From: Hydrolagus affinis
Lineage: Eukaryota
DNA: 64,000 nucleotides
NCBI GenBank assembly: GCA_012026655.1
Contig: JAAILG010001274.1
Location: 1 to 64,000 of the forward strand
Direction: 5' to 3'
Position 1 is the first letter of the stretch. Every line of letters begins with the position of its first letter. Both the position numbers and the translations under genes were made by a program. Shown here piece by piece: positions 10,870-22,709 of the stretch. Under the pieces are notes generated by a model, which worked only from the letters and a program-made list of their open reading frames with translations, had not been told where the DNA came from and did not search any database.

Positions 10870-11040
10870 GCAAAATGCAAAAAACACTGCAGATGCTGGA
10901 AATCTGAAACAAAATCAGAAATGGCTGGGAACACTCATCAGGTCAGGCAGCATCTACGGAGAGAGGAAACGTTGACTCACTTTTCCTCTCTCCGTAGATC
11001 CTGCCTGACCTGATGAGTGTTCCCAGCCATTTCTCCTTTG
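10870..11040. repeat. Palindromic shark-type repeat, probably derived from a Penelope-like element end
   Basis: ACTGCAGATGCTGGAAATCTGAAACAAAA leader, then 53-bp inverted arms 10917-10969 / 10982-11034 with 1 mismatch and a 12-nt loop; Penelope assignment is from memory. Confidence 0.8.
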
Positions 11041-11054
11041 GCTACATATGTTTT

Positions 11055-11282
11055 GAAGGTTGTAAAGGACAGTTCGAGACGGGAAATATTTCTTTAAATA
11101 CAGAATAATTAACAACCGGGACAGATTACCAGCAGTAGTGAGTGGTTGAGGCCTGCTCGCTGAACTCCGTTAAGAATCAGCCTGATGGTATGATAGGAAT
11201 ACGGCCGAGTTGGCATTCTGGAAGGTTGAGATCAAATGGGCTGAATGACTTTCTTCACTTGAACCTCTCCTGTGATTGCATG
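11055..11282 (+). mobile_element. CR1 LINE 3' end
   Basis: ...RIINNRDRLP..VVEACSLNSVKNQPD matches the CR1 ORF2 C-terminus; 3' UTR AAATGGGCTGAATG. Confidence 0.7.
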
Positions 11283-11678
11283 GCACGGAAAATAAATCTG
11301 TACCTCAATTTACAGCCACTCATTCTTAGAGGTCAACTCAAGTGATTCAGGCCATAATCTTAAGATTCCCACAGCTCATGGCATTTCGGTTGATTTTGCT
11401 GATGCAGAGAACAGCAGGAAAATAAAGATGACTGTTATAGATTAGTAGAATTAGGACAACAAAATCAAGACCCAACTTAAAATATGTTATTGATTGAAAT
11501 GCACTTACGGATTTGATTGAAGTTTACAAGAGATACATTAACACATGATCATTGGTGAAAACTAATGGTCCTATGGGTTGAGAAGAACCCCTGAAACATT
11601 TGTTAGTCAGTGAAAAACATGTAAAATACAGGGATACATATATCTATATAAATCGAAGTTATTGTTATCTATACAGTA

Positions 11679-11743
11679 CAGGTATCCCTCCCCATCCGCA
11701 GGGGATACGTTCCTCTAAACCTCCGTGGTTGGTAAAATCGCGG
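11679..11743. mobile_element. Tigger-like element end, truncated by the assembly gap
   Basis: TA|CAGGTATCCCTCCCCATCCGCAGGGGATACGTTCC resembles Tigger/MER8-type termini; the partner TIR is not visible. Confidence 0.55.
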
Positions 11744-11843
11744 NNNNNNNNNNNNNNNNNNNNNNNNNNNNNNNNNNNNNNNNNNNNNNNNNNNNNNNNN
11801 NNNNNNNNNNNNNNNNNNNNNNNNNNNNNNNNNNNNNNNNNNN
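11744..11843. other. Assembly gap (100 N)
   Basis: N run. Confidence 1.
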
Positions 11844-12105
11844 GTGGGTGGCATGGAGGGTGGGGGGTTGGGGAGGGTGTGCAGAAGGTGATGTGGTGGT
11901 TGACATGGAGGGTGAGGAGGGGGTTGACTCGGAGGGTGGAGTGTGGGTGACACGGAGGGTGGTGGGGGGGTGGTGTGCAGAATGTGGTGTGGTGGATGAC
12001 ATGGAGAGTGGGGGGTGGTGGGCGACACGGAGGGTGGGGGTGGGTGGATGACATGGAGGGTTGGGGGAGGGGATGTGCAGAAGGTGGTGTGGTGGGTGAC
12101 ATGCT
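11844..12105. repeat. G-rich minisatellite, ~24-25 nt subunits with a ~96-100 nt higher-order period
   Basis: repeated TGACAYGGAGGGTGG blocks; RTGTGCAGAA blocks at 11877, 11973 and 12073. Confidence 0.85.
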
Positions 12106-12582
12106 GATAGGGGCAGTAAGTTTGGGAACATTGGCTGCCAGGATCTGCAGACACAGAGAGACACACACAGAGAGTGAAATCAACGGAGATTTACCTTAAT
12201 CCTAAGAGAGAAGTGTTGTTGCTGATTGACAACACTTCTTGGCAACATAGCAACTGGGTCCTAGTGCTATACGCTAGCTGTTGGCACACACACGGTACCC
12301 AAAGATCCACGAGTGCAGCTAGACCACGTTGGGTAGTAAAGATGTTGATAGGCGGGAAACGTGGAGCGGATGTATATACTCACTGTACAATCATACAAGG
12401 TACAGTTATTACAATCCATATGACCAGTCCCAAAGTTAAGAAATCAAGTGTTAATTTTCATAACTCTCAATCAATTGATAATCATGATCTAATTCTCTAT
12501 TGAAATTGTTGTCCCAGTCTGCGCACACATTGGACAGGCCATTTTACACATTCACCGATCAGAGTAAACTAATTACTGTATA

Positions 12583-12698
12583 TGTTTCACCCACAAAATA
12601 TACAGTCAGTTCACTTTACGGTAAATTCTGTGAAGTGCTTTGAGACATCTTGAAGACGTAATAAGGCGCTATATCAAATACAAGGATTGTTAATAATT
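12583..12698 (+). mobile_element. SINE 3' fragment
   Basis: TTTCACCCACAAAATATACAGTC...AGGCGCTATATCAAATACAAGG. Confidence 0.85.
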
Positions 12699-14956
12699 AA
12701 GAAGGATTGGTTTACATTAAAGGGCTATTTGGAGGGAATTTTAGATTTGAGATACAAAAACCCTATTGGTTGTTCCAGGTTTTTTTTACCCTTTCAATTC
12801 TAGGAACAAAAGTTGGAAGAAATTACAAATGACCATATGATGTTCTTTGGAAATTAATTAAATTAAATTGAAGAAATCTGGAAATACATAATCTAATTTT
12901 GTTGGGCAAATTAGGAAAATGATTGTTATTCATGTGCATGCTCTGAATGGTTTTCTGATGAAGATTGTATCATCTCTTGGTTTCGGTCATAAATATCCAC
13001 ATAGTAAAGAAGACAAGATTAGTTGCCCGAACATTAACTCATTTTGCTTGTATTAATACATTCAGGTGGGGCTACAAGATCCCTAAAATAGTTCTGAAAG
13101 TACTTTAGTGGTGAGACTATGTTCATTGGATGCAGCTTTAGGAAAGAGAGTGAAGGCTTTTTATTTCCAGTTTGCAAATCTTATTGTCGGATCTTCCACT
13201 CTACAAGGATATACTTCCTGGCTGAGTCAACTCGACAACGGAATCAAATGTAATCCTGTAACATGTCCTATCTCACAAACCATAATCCCTTTTTGAAAGA
13301 CCTGGAGAACAAGCGAATAGGGATTTAATAAGTCCTTGCTTGTGTGAAAAGACTTTATTACAATGGTGGAGTTTTTTCACCCCAACTGCATATTAACACT
13401 GAGAGTTGACTTGACATTTTAATTAATGTTCTTCGAGGGCAGGTACAAATGAAAGTATTTAGGAGGATGATAGCTGATTTTCCTGTTGTCTTAAAAGAGC
13501 TAAAGGATAACAAAGCAATGAGGATGAGAGCGATAGCTTCAGGAAACACACAAGATTTGCTGGATACACTCTGATCAATTTATAGAGATTTTCTCAAAAG
13601 ATGTGATTCATAACTATCCTGATTCAGACAATATAATAGTCAACTCCTTTTTTTTAAGAAAAAACAATAAGGGCATTGGCTTGCTGGTGCTTTACAGTTG
13701 AAAAGAATAGAAAAACAGCAACAATGGTGCCCGTCATTGTAACAAAAATACTTAAACAATCTGATTTGATTTTGTTTTTACAATCACAGGCTTTATATCC
13801 CTTTCAAACTAATGTTTTGCCTTTTGGAAACAATCAAACCTGTTGAAATTGATGAGACTTTCAGGAACAATGCAAGGTGTTTTCATGCAAAAAAAAAGAA
13901 GTTTGGGCAACCGAGCAATAGGGTCATTCCAGGTGGATGTGTTAAAATGTACTTCCTACTTTGTAGCTTTTACCGACCTGGTTTGAGAATGGTTTACCCG
14001 AGGGCCTCACGATTCATGGGTCTTCCTGTCCCACTGTCTCAGATGTACCCCAGGTCTTTCTTTCCTTCAAAAGTTTAGTGTTTTTTTAATGTTAATTTTG
14101 AGGGGGGGTTTTTAACGCCAGAGAACCCATTTCTTCAACCCAAGCGATGGCTTTCGCTGCCAGCAAAGCACATCCCGTTTGCCGTTCGTTTCCAGGATTG
14201 AAATGAAACATGAGTTCAAGCCATTGTTGACTGTCCACGGGTTTGTGTGGATTGTATTATGTTATATAAGCAGTCAGATGTTTACCCAGCAAACATTTAA
14301 TGCTGAAATCAACCCAACTGTGTGCTGTAAACCACTCGGGCATCTCACTGAACTGAACAAGAACTGGCACCTTGTCATTTTTCCAGACTGGAGGCATGAC
14401 GAAGCATCGATGTGCCAAAAAAAAAAAAAAAAAATCCAAAGCAACTGAGATAACTGCTGTGAACAGCACTAAGCTCAACCTGCCCAAAGCTCCATTATGG
14501 CTATGACAGTTAAGAGCCACTACTGAATGAACAGCATTTAAAGCAGCATTATCCATGGCTGAAGGACAATTCAATCCTTTGAAATGATTCATTACATTGT
14601 ACTGTAATTTACTTGGATTTCCTGCCGTGCCATTTGGGCAAGTGTTGTTCTCAATAGACGACTGTCATTCGTAAAACGACAATTTTCGCCATGTTCCGGG
14701 GTAATTGTGGAGAGAGATAACGCAGTGTTGCTGTCAGTTTAGGTGTTGCAGACTCGAGGTTTATTGCCCTTCGAATTGTTACCGAAGTACCAACTCACTT
14801 TGGTGTCAAAAGCTGTAGAAACATGAGGAAAGGTGGACTGATGTACGGTTGTTTGGACACTCAGCATCTTCCATTCGAAGACCATCCAAAATCTCTACCC
14901 GATCGTGTGTCCGTCCACTTCATCTCATCTGTCCTCCTCTTAAGGAAGTGTATTTT

Positions 14957-15098
14957 TAATAATAATCCTCGCATTTGATAAAGCACCGAATCATGTTGTC
15001 AAAATGACTTGAAAGTGCTTCGCACGATTTATTGTAAACTGTAGTCACTGTGTATTTTGCACATAAAATACAGCAGCCAATTTGGTCTCCCCAACAAA
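14957..15098 (-). mobile_element. Older SINE 3' fragment
   Basis: AATAATAATCCTCGCATTTGATA...CAGCAGCCAATTTG. Confidence 0.7.
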
Positions 15099-15778
15099 AT
15101 AAAATCTATAAAAGCTGGTAGTTTCCTTCATAACTGTGTTATTCTTATGCAAATATCATTCACAGCCTCAATAGGATTATGAACAGTAACGAGTTTTATG
15201 CTTCTACTAATTATGCGTGTTGACTACCTTGTGTTGGTGTAACAGCTAAAGATTTATAATGTTTTACAGTGTAATAACATTAGCAAATCTTTCCTTCTTT
15301 ATGTCCAGATGTGAAATGTAGCTAGGAAATGAGATTTTGTATGAAAATTGTATGAAATTGGACGGAAACCAAATCAATGACTATTTAAAATTTAATGCAA
15401 TCCTAGGAAATTCGAAGCGTGCTTTGGAACTGATTGAACCAAGCCCAATTTTGAAACCAGGCAACATTTGGACAGTTAAAATCAAATGTTGTGAATAAAC
15501 TTTGGAATGCTTTGTGGGGTGGGTTGAACATTATTGTGTTTATTCGTGGAGGGAATGAATGCATGTTTGACCAGTGGTGGAGGGGTGCTGAGGTGTGGGT
15601 GGGAGTTTGGGGTAGTGGGGTGGGGTGGGGGTAGAAGAGCAGGAGGAAAAGAGATGCATCAAAGAAGGTACTTTCATTGTTAATGGTTTTATAGAGCCGC
15701 AGATAGTACTTCGAGGATTATTATCATGTCAAGTGAGTGACCAATTTTGAAGGTTCAGTTTGAAACGTGAATCTGAGA

Positions 15779-16071
15779 AATAATAATATTCATAATCCTT
15801 GCATTTGATATTGCGTCTTATTGCATTGTTGAGACGTCTCAAAGCGCTCTACGGAATATACTATAAAGTGTAGTGACTGTATTTTCGGAGCACAACTCAG
15901 CAGCCAATTGTCCCACAAACAGTTCTACATTGAGTGACCAAATTATTATTATTATTAGTTTTGGAGGGATTATTACACCCGGAAAAGCGATCTGCCAATC
16001 GACTCAGAACCGGGTTCCTACTTACCGCCAGGTAAACAGAGACATGTGTGTGGAGTAAGGAACCTTGCTTA
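15779..16071 (-). mobile_element. SINE, long variant, head missing
   Basis: tail, Deu-like part, and extra segment GAAAAGCGATCTGCCAATCGACTC...CCTACTTACCGCCAGGTAAACAGAG. Confidence 0.85.
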
Positions 16072-16556
16072 CGGTGATATCAGTACTCTAGACACTTTTT
16101 AAAACGAAAGGTGGATGCTGTTGTTGTAAAGGTGTTAGGGTGGGTATTCTGAAAGGATGGGATGGTCTGATTTGAAAGGCCTTCTTTATATGAACTGGTC
16201 TTTTGATCATTCAATGTTCCACAATGAACTGTGGATTTTTTAGGAAAATACGCGACAACAGGATTTCTCAGTAAACGTGAGAGAGCCGTGGCATAATTGC
16301 TGATCTTGCATTGAAGTCACTGAGTTGAAGGAGGCACATTGAGCGGCCAAAGGAAAAAAAAAGCTCAAAACTCAATATCGTGTTTCATTACACTGAAGTC
16401 TTGATGGATGGGAGTAATTTCAAGTTTGAGTCTTGTCAGTGGGTTTCAGTGATTGTATTAAGCATCTGAGTATTTTAAGTCCTGTCCTAAACCCCCTTTA
16501 GTGAAATAAGTGTAGCTGCTATGTGTTAGGTGAATACACACACATATATTTGTGCT

Positions 16557-16622
16557 TATTCTGTGAAGCGCTTTGAGACGTTTTGAAGAAGTGAAAAGTG
16601 CTTTATCAAATGTAAGAGATTT
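16557..16622 (+). mobile_element. SINE tail
   Basis: TATTCTGTGAAGCGCTTTGAGACG...GTGCTTTATCAAATGTAAG. Confidence 0.8.
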
Positions 16623-17292
16623 TGTTGGTTTTGGAGGGATTATTGTTGACTTCAGACTAAAGGCAATGATTCTGACCTGTCTGGAAGACACTCCAGGAAG
16701 GAATGGAACACCTTATTAGATTTCTGTGTAAAGGCAATACGTGGCTCAGAACTGTGAAACAAAGGATTTTGGTGTGTGTGTGTGAAAGATACTGAAATTT
16801 GCAATCAGTTAAGATGGAATTCGAATCCCATTTCAGTATCAAAGATTGTCAAGCCGCATTTGATTGTTAATCAATGCATATAACGCGCAAAATGAATTCC
16901 CCATCTGCCGTAAATCTTTCAGCCTTAATACCACACACCACTGACAGTATTCCAGCTTAGCAAGGTCAACAAACGAAAAGAAAAAAGCCAAAATCTTGGG
17001 TCAGTGAATGACACTAATATTATTGGGTTATGCTGATGCAGAATTCAACCTCCTCTCCAGCGCATCACAAAGAGCCAGCAATCCAGCTGCAAATTGGAGT
17101 CCCCTTTTGATTGAATTCTTCTTTTCTATTCAGGTGAAGTGTTTTTTGATTGTGCGTTCAGTGGTAATCCCTTGAGAATGAAATTGTGTGACAGCCAAGA
17201 TGTGTCTATGACTGATTTCCTTCACGAACAAGTGAACTAAGAGGCTACACCATTCCCCTAGTGCTTTTGGTAGCATTTATTATAGTCTGTGT

Positions 17293-17343
17293 GGGGGGGG
17301 GTGGGGGGGGGTGGGGGGGTGATGGGGGGATGGGTGGAGGGGG
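17293..17343. repeat. G-run low-complexity tract with G-quadruplex potential
   Basis: several G6-G8 runs separated by 1-4 nt. Confidence 0.85.
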
Positions 17344-18169
17344 AACATTTGACAGTTTCATTTAGATTCCATTAACAGTAGGGAAACAAAGATGCACTTT
17401 TAATCTTTCTTCAGTCTGCAACAATTTCTCATAGTATTGTTATTAGCAAAAAAAAATAGACTGGTGTATTTATATGGTTGGAGTAGCCACAAATGAAGTT
17501 TACTGTAGAAATAATCTAGACGCACGGATATTATTGAGGAGTTTGACATTTTTCTACAGGCTTTATTTTTGAAATGCGCACTATTAATTTTTCGTATCTA
17601 TTTCAGCAGTACAATATTTTATGTCTTGGCTGCGCTGTATCCGAGCAGTTGATGGGCTTACTCTTTTGCATGACTTGACTAGTCGTCAATGATCTTAATC
17701 TCACCATGGAATATTCAGAATTTCATTCAAACTATATTGAATTTCTGAACGATCTTGCTTTCCAATTAAATGGTTCTGAAGCGCTGAAGTGTTTAGGACA
17801 GGCAAATCAAAATCTAAAGCCTGATAAGAATTAGAATCCCTTTGTTATTAAATAAACACGGAACTAAATAAACTATTAAGCAAGCATTGACTTCTTGAAC
17901 TGCCAGAATTATATACATTTACTTCAACAGTTTATATAAGTTTATATGTCTGATGGTGCATTGTATTTCGCTTGCAGTAGAACCCAGCTGACCAATAAAT
18001 AAATAAATTTCTCGCTACAGATGCATAAAACTTCCATTTCGTAAATTGTACTGAACATTTTGTACTTTGCACAGATGGTTTGCTGACAAATTAATCACAC
18101 TGTGTCAGTGACTGTACCGGGCTGTGTGACAAATGGCTATTCTGGGCTTCCCAAATGATTCACGTCCAA

Positions 18170-18420
18170 CGTAAAACTGAGCAACGCAGAACTAGAAGGT
18201 CCCAGGTTAGCCCCTGGTTTCTGCTGATCTCAGTTGGGTTGACAGCATTCTGCAATTGCCTGGGCAACAGAGGAAAGCAAATATACTGCTCCTTCAGGTT
18301 TTGATTGCTATCCAGTAAGCACCACTGGAAACTATACACCTTGTCAATTTTGGCCAACGATCGGGTTAGATTAGATTTAGCTGTGATTGTGATCAACAAT
18401 CCATACAGATAAAGGCGAGG
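18170..18420 (+). mobile_element. Ancient tRNA-like SINE relic of an unnamed family
   Basis: AGAAGGTCCCAGGTTAGCCCCTGG...GCTGATCTCAG...TGATTGCTATCCAGT; similar pieces at 1680-1950 and ~59030-59140. Confidence 0.45.
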
Positions 18421-18759
18421 TAACTGCAGATAGGAAGCAAAATAGGAGACACTTGTATTGGAAAGGATAGAAGTTGCCAGTGAGGTTGGGGGTGGGGTCA
18501 TGGGGATGCAGGATTGATGTTGAAAGAGAGAGAGCTGGGGGTGTTAGTTTGACTCATTACTCATCATGTCAAAACAGTCCGAGAGGCAGCAATAAACATG
18601 ATAAACAGGAGGCTAGGCTGTGTTACCAAATCAGTTGGGTTCTGATGCCCAGAAGTAACACTCAGCCTGTACATTACTCTGGTCAGACTGCACCTAGCGA
18701 ACTGCACTCACTCAGGTCTATGTGATATAAGGGATTGCCTAATTACTGGAGATGTGCAC

Positions 18760-19132
18760 TGAGGATTATCACCAGCGGCTAGATTGATGAGCTCAAAACA
18801 ACGCCTAGACAAACTCAAGACTCTTCAGTCTAAACAAAGAGACGTATCAGGGGAGACCCCATGGGGGGAATGAACTGTAAGATTTTTCAATATGATTATA
18901 TGAGAAATGGCGGAAATGGAGAGAACACAGAACAAAAAGGACTTAGGGGTGAGAAAGGCAATTTCAGGCCATCAGGAAATATTTATTTACCCAGAGGGTG
19001 ATTATCAACTGGAACAGGTTACAGGGGAGGCATTTCAGGCTCTAAATGCAGGACAATAGGGTGGATATATTGGAAGGATGAGATCAAATAGCTCAAATTC
19101 CAGTCTTCGTGCAAATCTCTGTTGAGATCTTA
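18760..19132 (+). mobile_element. CR1 LINE 3' fragment, degraded
   Basis: TTTACCCAGAGGGTGATTATCAACTGGAACAGGTTAC (FTQRVI..WNRL) and an upstream CAGGGGAGACC (RGD) motif. Confidence 0.7.
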
Positions 19133-19189
19133 TAATCATTGTCTCGGCTCACATCCGGAACTACACTTAAGCGCAAGTATAATATAAGA

Positions 19190-19471
19190 ACAATAATCCT
19201 TTCATTTGATAAAGTGCCTTATCATGTCTTTGAGATGTATCAAAGTGCTTCATAGAACGTACCGTAAAGCGAATTGACTGAATATTTTATTGGGCGAAAC
19301 ACAGCAGCCAATTGCGCACAGCGGTGTCCCACAAACAGTTCTGGATTGAGTGACCAAATTATTATTATTTTTTGAAGGGATTATTACCCCCAGAAAAGCT
19401 ATCTGCCAATTTACTTATTTAGTTCCTACTTACTGCTAGATAAACAGAGGCATGTGAAATTAGGAAACTTG
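19190..19471 (-). mobile_element. SINE, long variant, head missing
   Basis: tail, Deu-like part, and GAAAAGCTATCTGCCAAT...CCTACTTACTGCTAGATAAACAGAGGCATGTG. Confidence 0.85.
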
Positions 19472-19782
19472 ATTGTGATTAGCTATTTATTTTTCAAGGT
19501 TTAACTTTTTTTAAAAAAAACTCTGAATTTTACTTCTGATGCTAATGATTTGAAGGTTTTTTTTCAATGGAGTACAGTACTAAGAATGCATTCAATCAAC
19601 GCTATTAAATTTGGTTTGCATTCAACACTTTTTTTCAATGGAAGGTTTTGTATTCACAATCAGTTTGTTATTTTAATTAACAATTTGTTTTGAGAAGTCT
19701 TGTGTTGTATTGCAGCAAACGAATCCGCCAGAAAACGTAATAGATTTTAGTTTGGCAGCATGTACATTTGTGATTGATCGCA

Positions 19783-19845
19783 ACAACAACAACTTGCATT
19801 GACACAGCAGTCCTCATGCAAGGTAGCGTCTTAAGAGAGCTTGAA
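19783..19845 (-). mobile_element. L2-type tail
   Basis: CAACAACAACAACTTGCATT...AAGAGAGCTT. Confidence 0.5.
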
Positions 19846-20374
19846 ACAACCAGGGGGGAGAGGGATGTCTTCAGGCACGACCATGAGTGCATCATGGATG
19901 TCACCGGGCTATTTACCACAAGCGATTGTCATTTCAACAAAGGCCGATAATGTCCTTATCCTATAATCACAATTTCTAACAGTAGCAGGCAATTCAGGGC
20001 AGAAACACTGGAGACAAATCAGTCTGACACCCCATTGTCAACCTGACTGTGTGTCTCCCCCACCCCGCCAATCATACAATATGTATACACAGTTATAAAT
20101 TGGTACATCTTTGTGAAAATTTCCTTAGTTCTTTGTGGGGTGGGGGGGCTAAACCAAAGGAAATTGATTTTGTGATCCAGCCAATTCTTCTTCCACTCTA
20201 TGTCTGGGCTAACACAGATGCTTTTATTGTCCATAAATATATATTTTGTTTGAAAATAACACCGGTGTTTTTGCAATTTTAAGGTTATTTGGCACATTCT
20301 TTGTCCTCCGTACTATCAATTCCAAACAAATTTCTGGAAATATTATACATCTTTCACTTTTATAAACTAGGGAA

Positions 20375-20485
20375 TTCGCCCACAAAATGCACAGTGAATC
20401 CACTTTGCTGTTTATCCCATGAAACACTTTGAGACGTCTCATTGATACGATAAAGTGCTATATCAAGAATTATTATTTAATTATA
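20375..20485 (+). mobile_element. SINE 3' fragment
   Basis: TTCGCCCACAAAAT...CTTTGAGACGTCTC...GTGCTATATCAAG. Confidence 0.75.
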
Positions 20486-20660
20486 ACAACGACGACAACA
20501 AAATTACATTTGCATGGCGCCTTTCACATCGGGAGGACGTCCCAAGGTGCCGGAAAGTCTTACTGATTAAAATGGAGCTGTTCATACCTGGGAATATTCT
20601 AAGGGGGGGAGAAATGGTGTTGAAAAGGTCAGCAGAATTAAACAGGTGGGTTTGAGAGAG
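20486..20660 (-). mobile_element. L2 3' end
   Basis: ACAACAAAATTACATTTGCATGGCGCCTTTCACATCGGGAGGACGTCCCAAGGTGC. Confidence 0.7.
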
Positions 20661-20699
20661 CAGGCAGCTATATCTTAATGCAGATCAATTTAAGCCAAT

Positions 20700-21265
20700 C
20701 CATATTGGAAGAAGTAACAGTTGTGGACAGTGGAGGGAAGCCCATTAGCAGAGGTGGTGAAAAGAGAAGGATGTGGGTGTGATTATTGATTATTGACTGA
20801 GGTTTTTCAGTCGAAGTGAAGTTAATAGAGCCAGTCTAATATGACATCCCAAAGTCATATTTCAAGTTGAAAGCAGTGATTCTCACTTTCGATCACTGGT
20901 GAGACAATTTTGGAATATGGCTTGCAGCTTTAGGCACCCTAACCATCAAAAGATCATTGAAGCGTTAAGACGGTTCTTCGGAGAAAAGCCACATTTTAGA
21001 GTTTTAAATTAGGAAAAGAAGCTGAAGAAACGGGAGCTGAAGAAATAACGTTGAGGTTTATAATCCAGTTGTTTAATAATGTAGATCAACCTTGCATTTG
21101 ATATAGTGCCTTATCACGTCTTCAAGAGGTCACAAATCACTTCACAGCAAACACTATAAGGTGAATTGACCATATTTTGTGGGCTTCTGTTTAAAGTTGG
21201 AATGGATTGAGATGATGTACATACAAAGAGGTTATTTGAACTAGATTCTTTAAGAGGATACCTGT
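20700..21265 (+). mobile_element. CR1 LINE ORF2 relic, interrupted by a SINE tail
   Basis: GAGAAGGATGTGGGTGTGATTATTG (EKDVGVII) and CACTGGTGAGAC...TTGGAATATGGCTTGCAG (LVR..LEYGLQ). Confidence 0.6.
21088..21183 (-). mobile_element. SINE tail
   Basis: CCTTGCATTTGATATAGTGCCTTATCACGTCTTC. Confidence 0.8.
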
Positions 21266-21315
21266 GCCCTCGATTATTTTTTTGAGGTTCTCAATTGTTA
21301 ATTGGAAACAACGAT

Positions 21316-21381
21316 TGCCCAGCACCTTGGGTTGTCCTCCTGATGTGAAAGGCGCTGTGCAAAAGTAATGTTGTTGTTGTC
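21316..21381 (+). mobile_element. L2 tail
   Basis: CAGCACCTTGGGTTGTCCTCCTGATGTGAAAGGCGCT...(GTT)n. Confidence 0.75.
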
Positions 21382-21799
21382 AATCTCTGCAGCGACTCAC
21401 TTGTACTCTTGCTGTTAGAGCCACACATACCTCTCGCTGGCCGCGGTATTATTGTCATTTTTTACCTGCTGATTGCGAATTGTGCACGAAGAATGTCAGT
21501 CAATTCCACCTCCTCCCCCAGGGGCAGCAGTGTAGCAACGTGGCTTTATATGGATGTTCACGTTGATTATCTGTTAAGTGGAAGGTTATGCTACTCCCTT
21601 TGTAGCCGGTCAATAACCAATAAATGGGCAATTTACGAGTTGAATGATTTCGGGTTGTCAGACCGGCAATTAACAGCTGATGTGTTTCACCAGAAATATA
21701 TTCATTTTCACGATGAAACATAGCAATCACACTTAATAGAGAAATTGCAGGCTTTTAAAAAAAATACATCTACATCGGTGGTATGTTGTGTCCCGAATG

Positions 21800-21920
21800 G
21801 TTTGTTTCAGCCGCAAAATATACAGTCTGTACAGATATATGTATACGGTATACACTTTGATCTGTCTGGAAGAGATAATAAGGCGCTATATCAAATGCAA
21901 GCATTATTATTATTATTATT
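21800..21920 (+). mobile_element. SINE 3' fragment
   Basis: AAAATATACAGTC...AGGCGCTATATCAAATGCAAGC(ATT)n. Confidence 0.75.
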
Positions 21921-22709
21921 GTGGTGTGATTCCACTGTGCCGTTTTGGCAAGAAAAGCATTTTTTTTCTCCTTGTAGCATTGGAGAACCCTCGCTATTTG
22001 TTAGTTGCAGGTTTTCATTTCACAGCAAAAGGGATACTTCTGAAACCATAAGCACATCGCCAGAATGGAATTTTATATGAGGTTCTTTATTCATCATTAA
22101 GAGTGAATTGCATTGGATAGGTCACACAGATAGATATGGATTTTCGTATTACCTTTGAAAGATTGTGCTTTAGTCTGGCCACCTCTTCCATTACTAACTA
22201 GATTGTCAGGTTAAACTGGTTGGGAAACGCTACATGCATGCTTAAAGGGGGATTTAGATTTAAAAAAAACTTTTTGTAGCCACACTGCATTCTAAATAAA
22301 TAGTGAATATATTTTTTTAAATCCCATTTACAATCACAGTTCTGTGTGTGTGAGTGTATATGGGTGTGTGTGTATGTTTGTGTGTGTATTGGACATTTAA
22401 GCTGCAGCTATATGTTCCTGTCTCCGTTCTTACTGAAATGATTAAGAGGGTGTTAAACTACATGAAGGGAATAGACTGAGCTTATGGCAACAACAGATGT
22501 TGTTAATTCATTATCTCCGCACACCATGGCCACAAAAACTAGACATTCAACAGGGGCAATCACGTACCATCCACTGTCTCCTAACGCTCTTATTCTCTCG
22601 CACCGCATTCCTGCCTCTTCCCATCATTGTTTATATTCACCCCACAAAATCTGTCTTCCACTCTTGGTCATCCTTCATTAGGTTTCCATCACATCCCTTT
22701 GGGAGGATC

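Noticed and set aside
11600-12199. Pro/His/Thr-rich and Gly/Trp-rich ORFs up to 172 aa
   Set aside because: They translate an N gap and a G-rich minisatellite
13950-14060. Possible exon after CTTCCTACTTTGTAG (13966)
   Set aside because: Two frames are open but unrecognised, and the donor (CAG|GTCTTT) is poor
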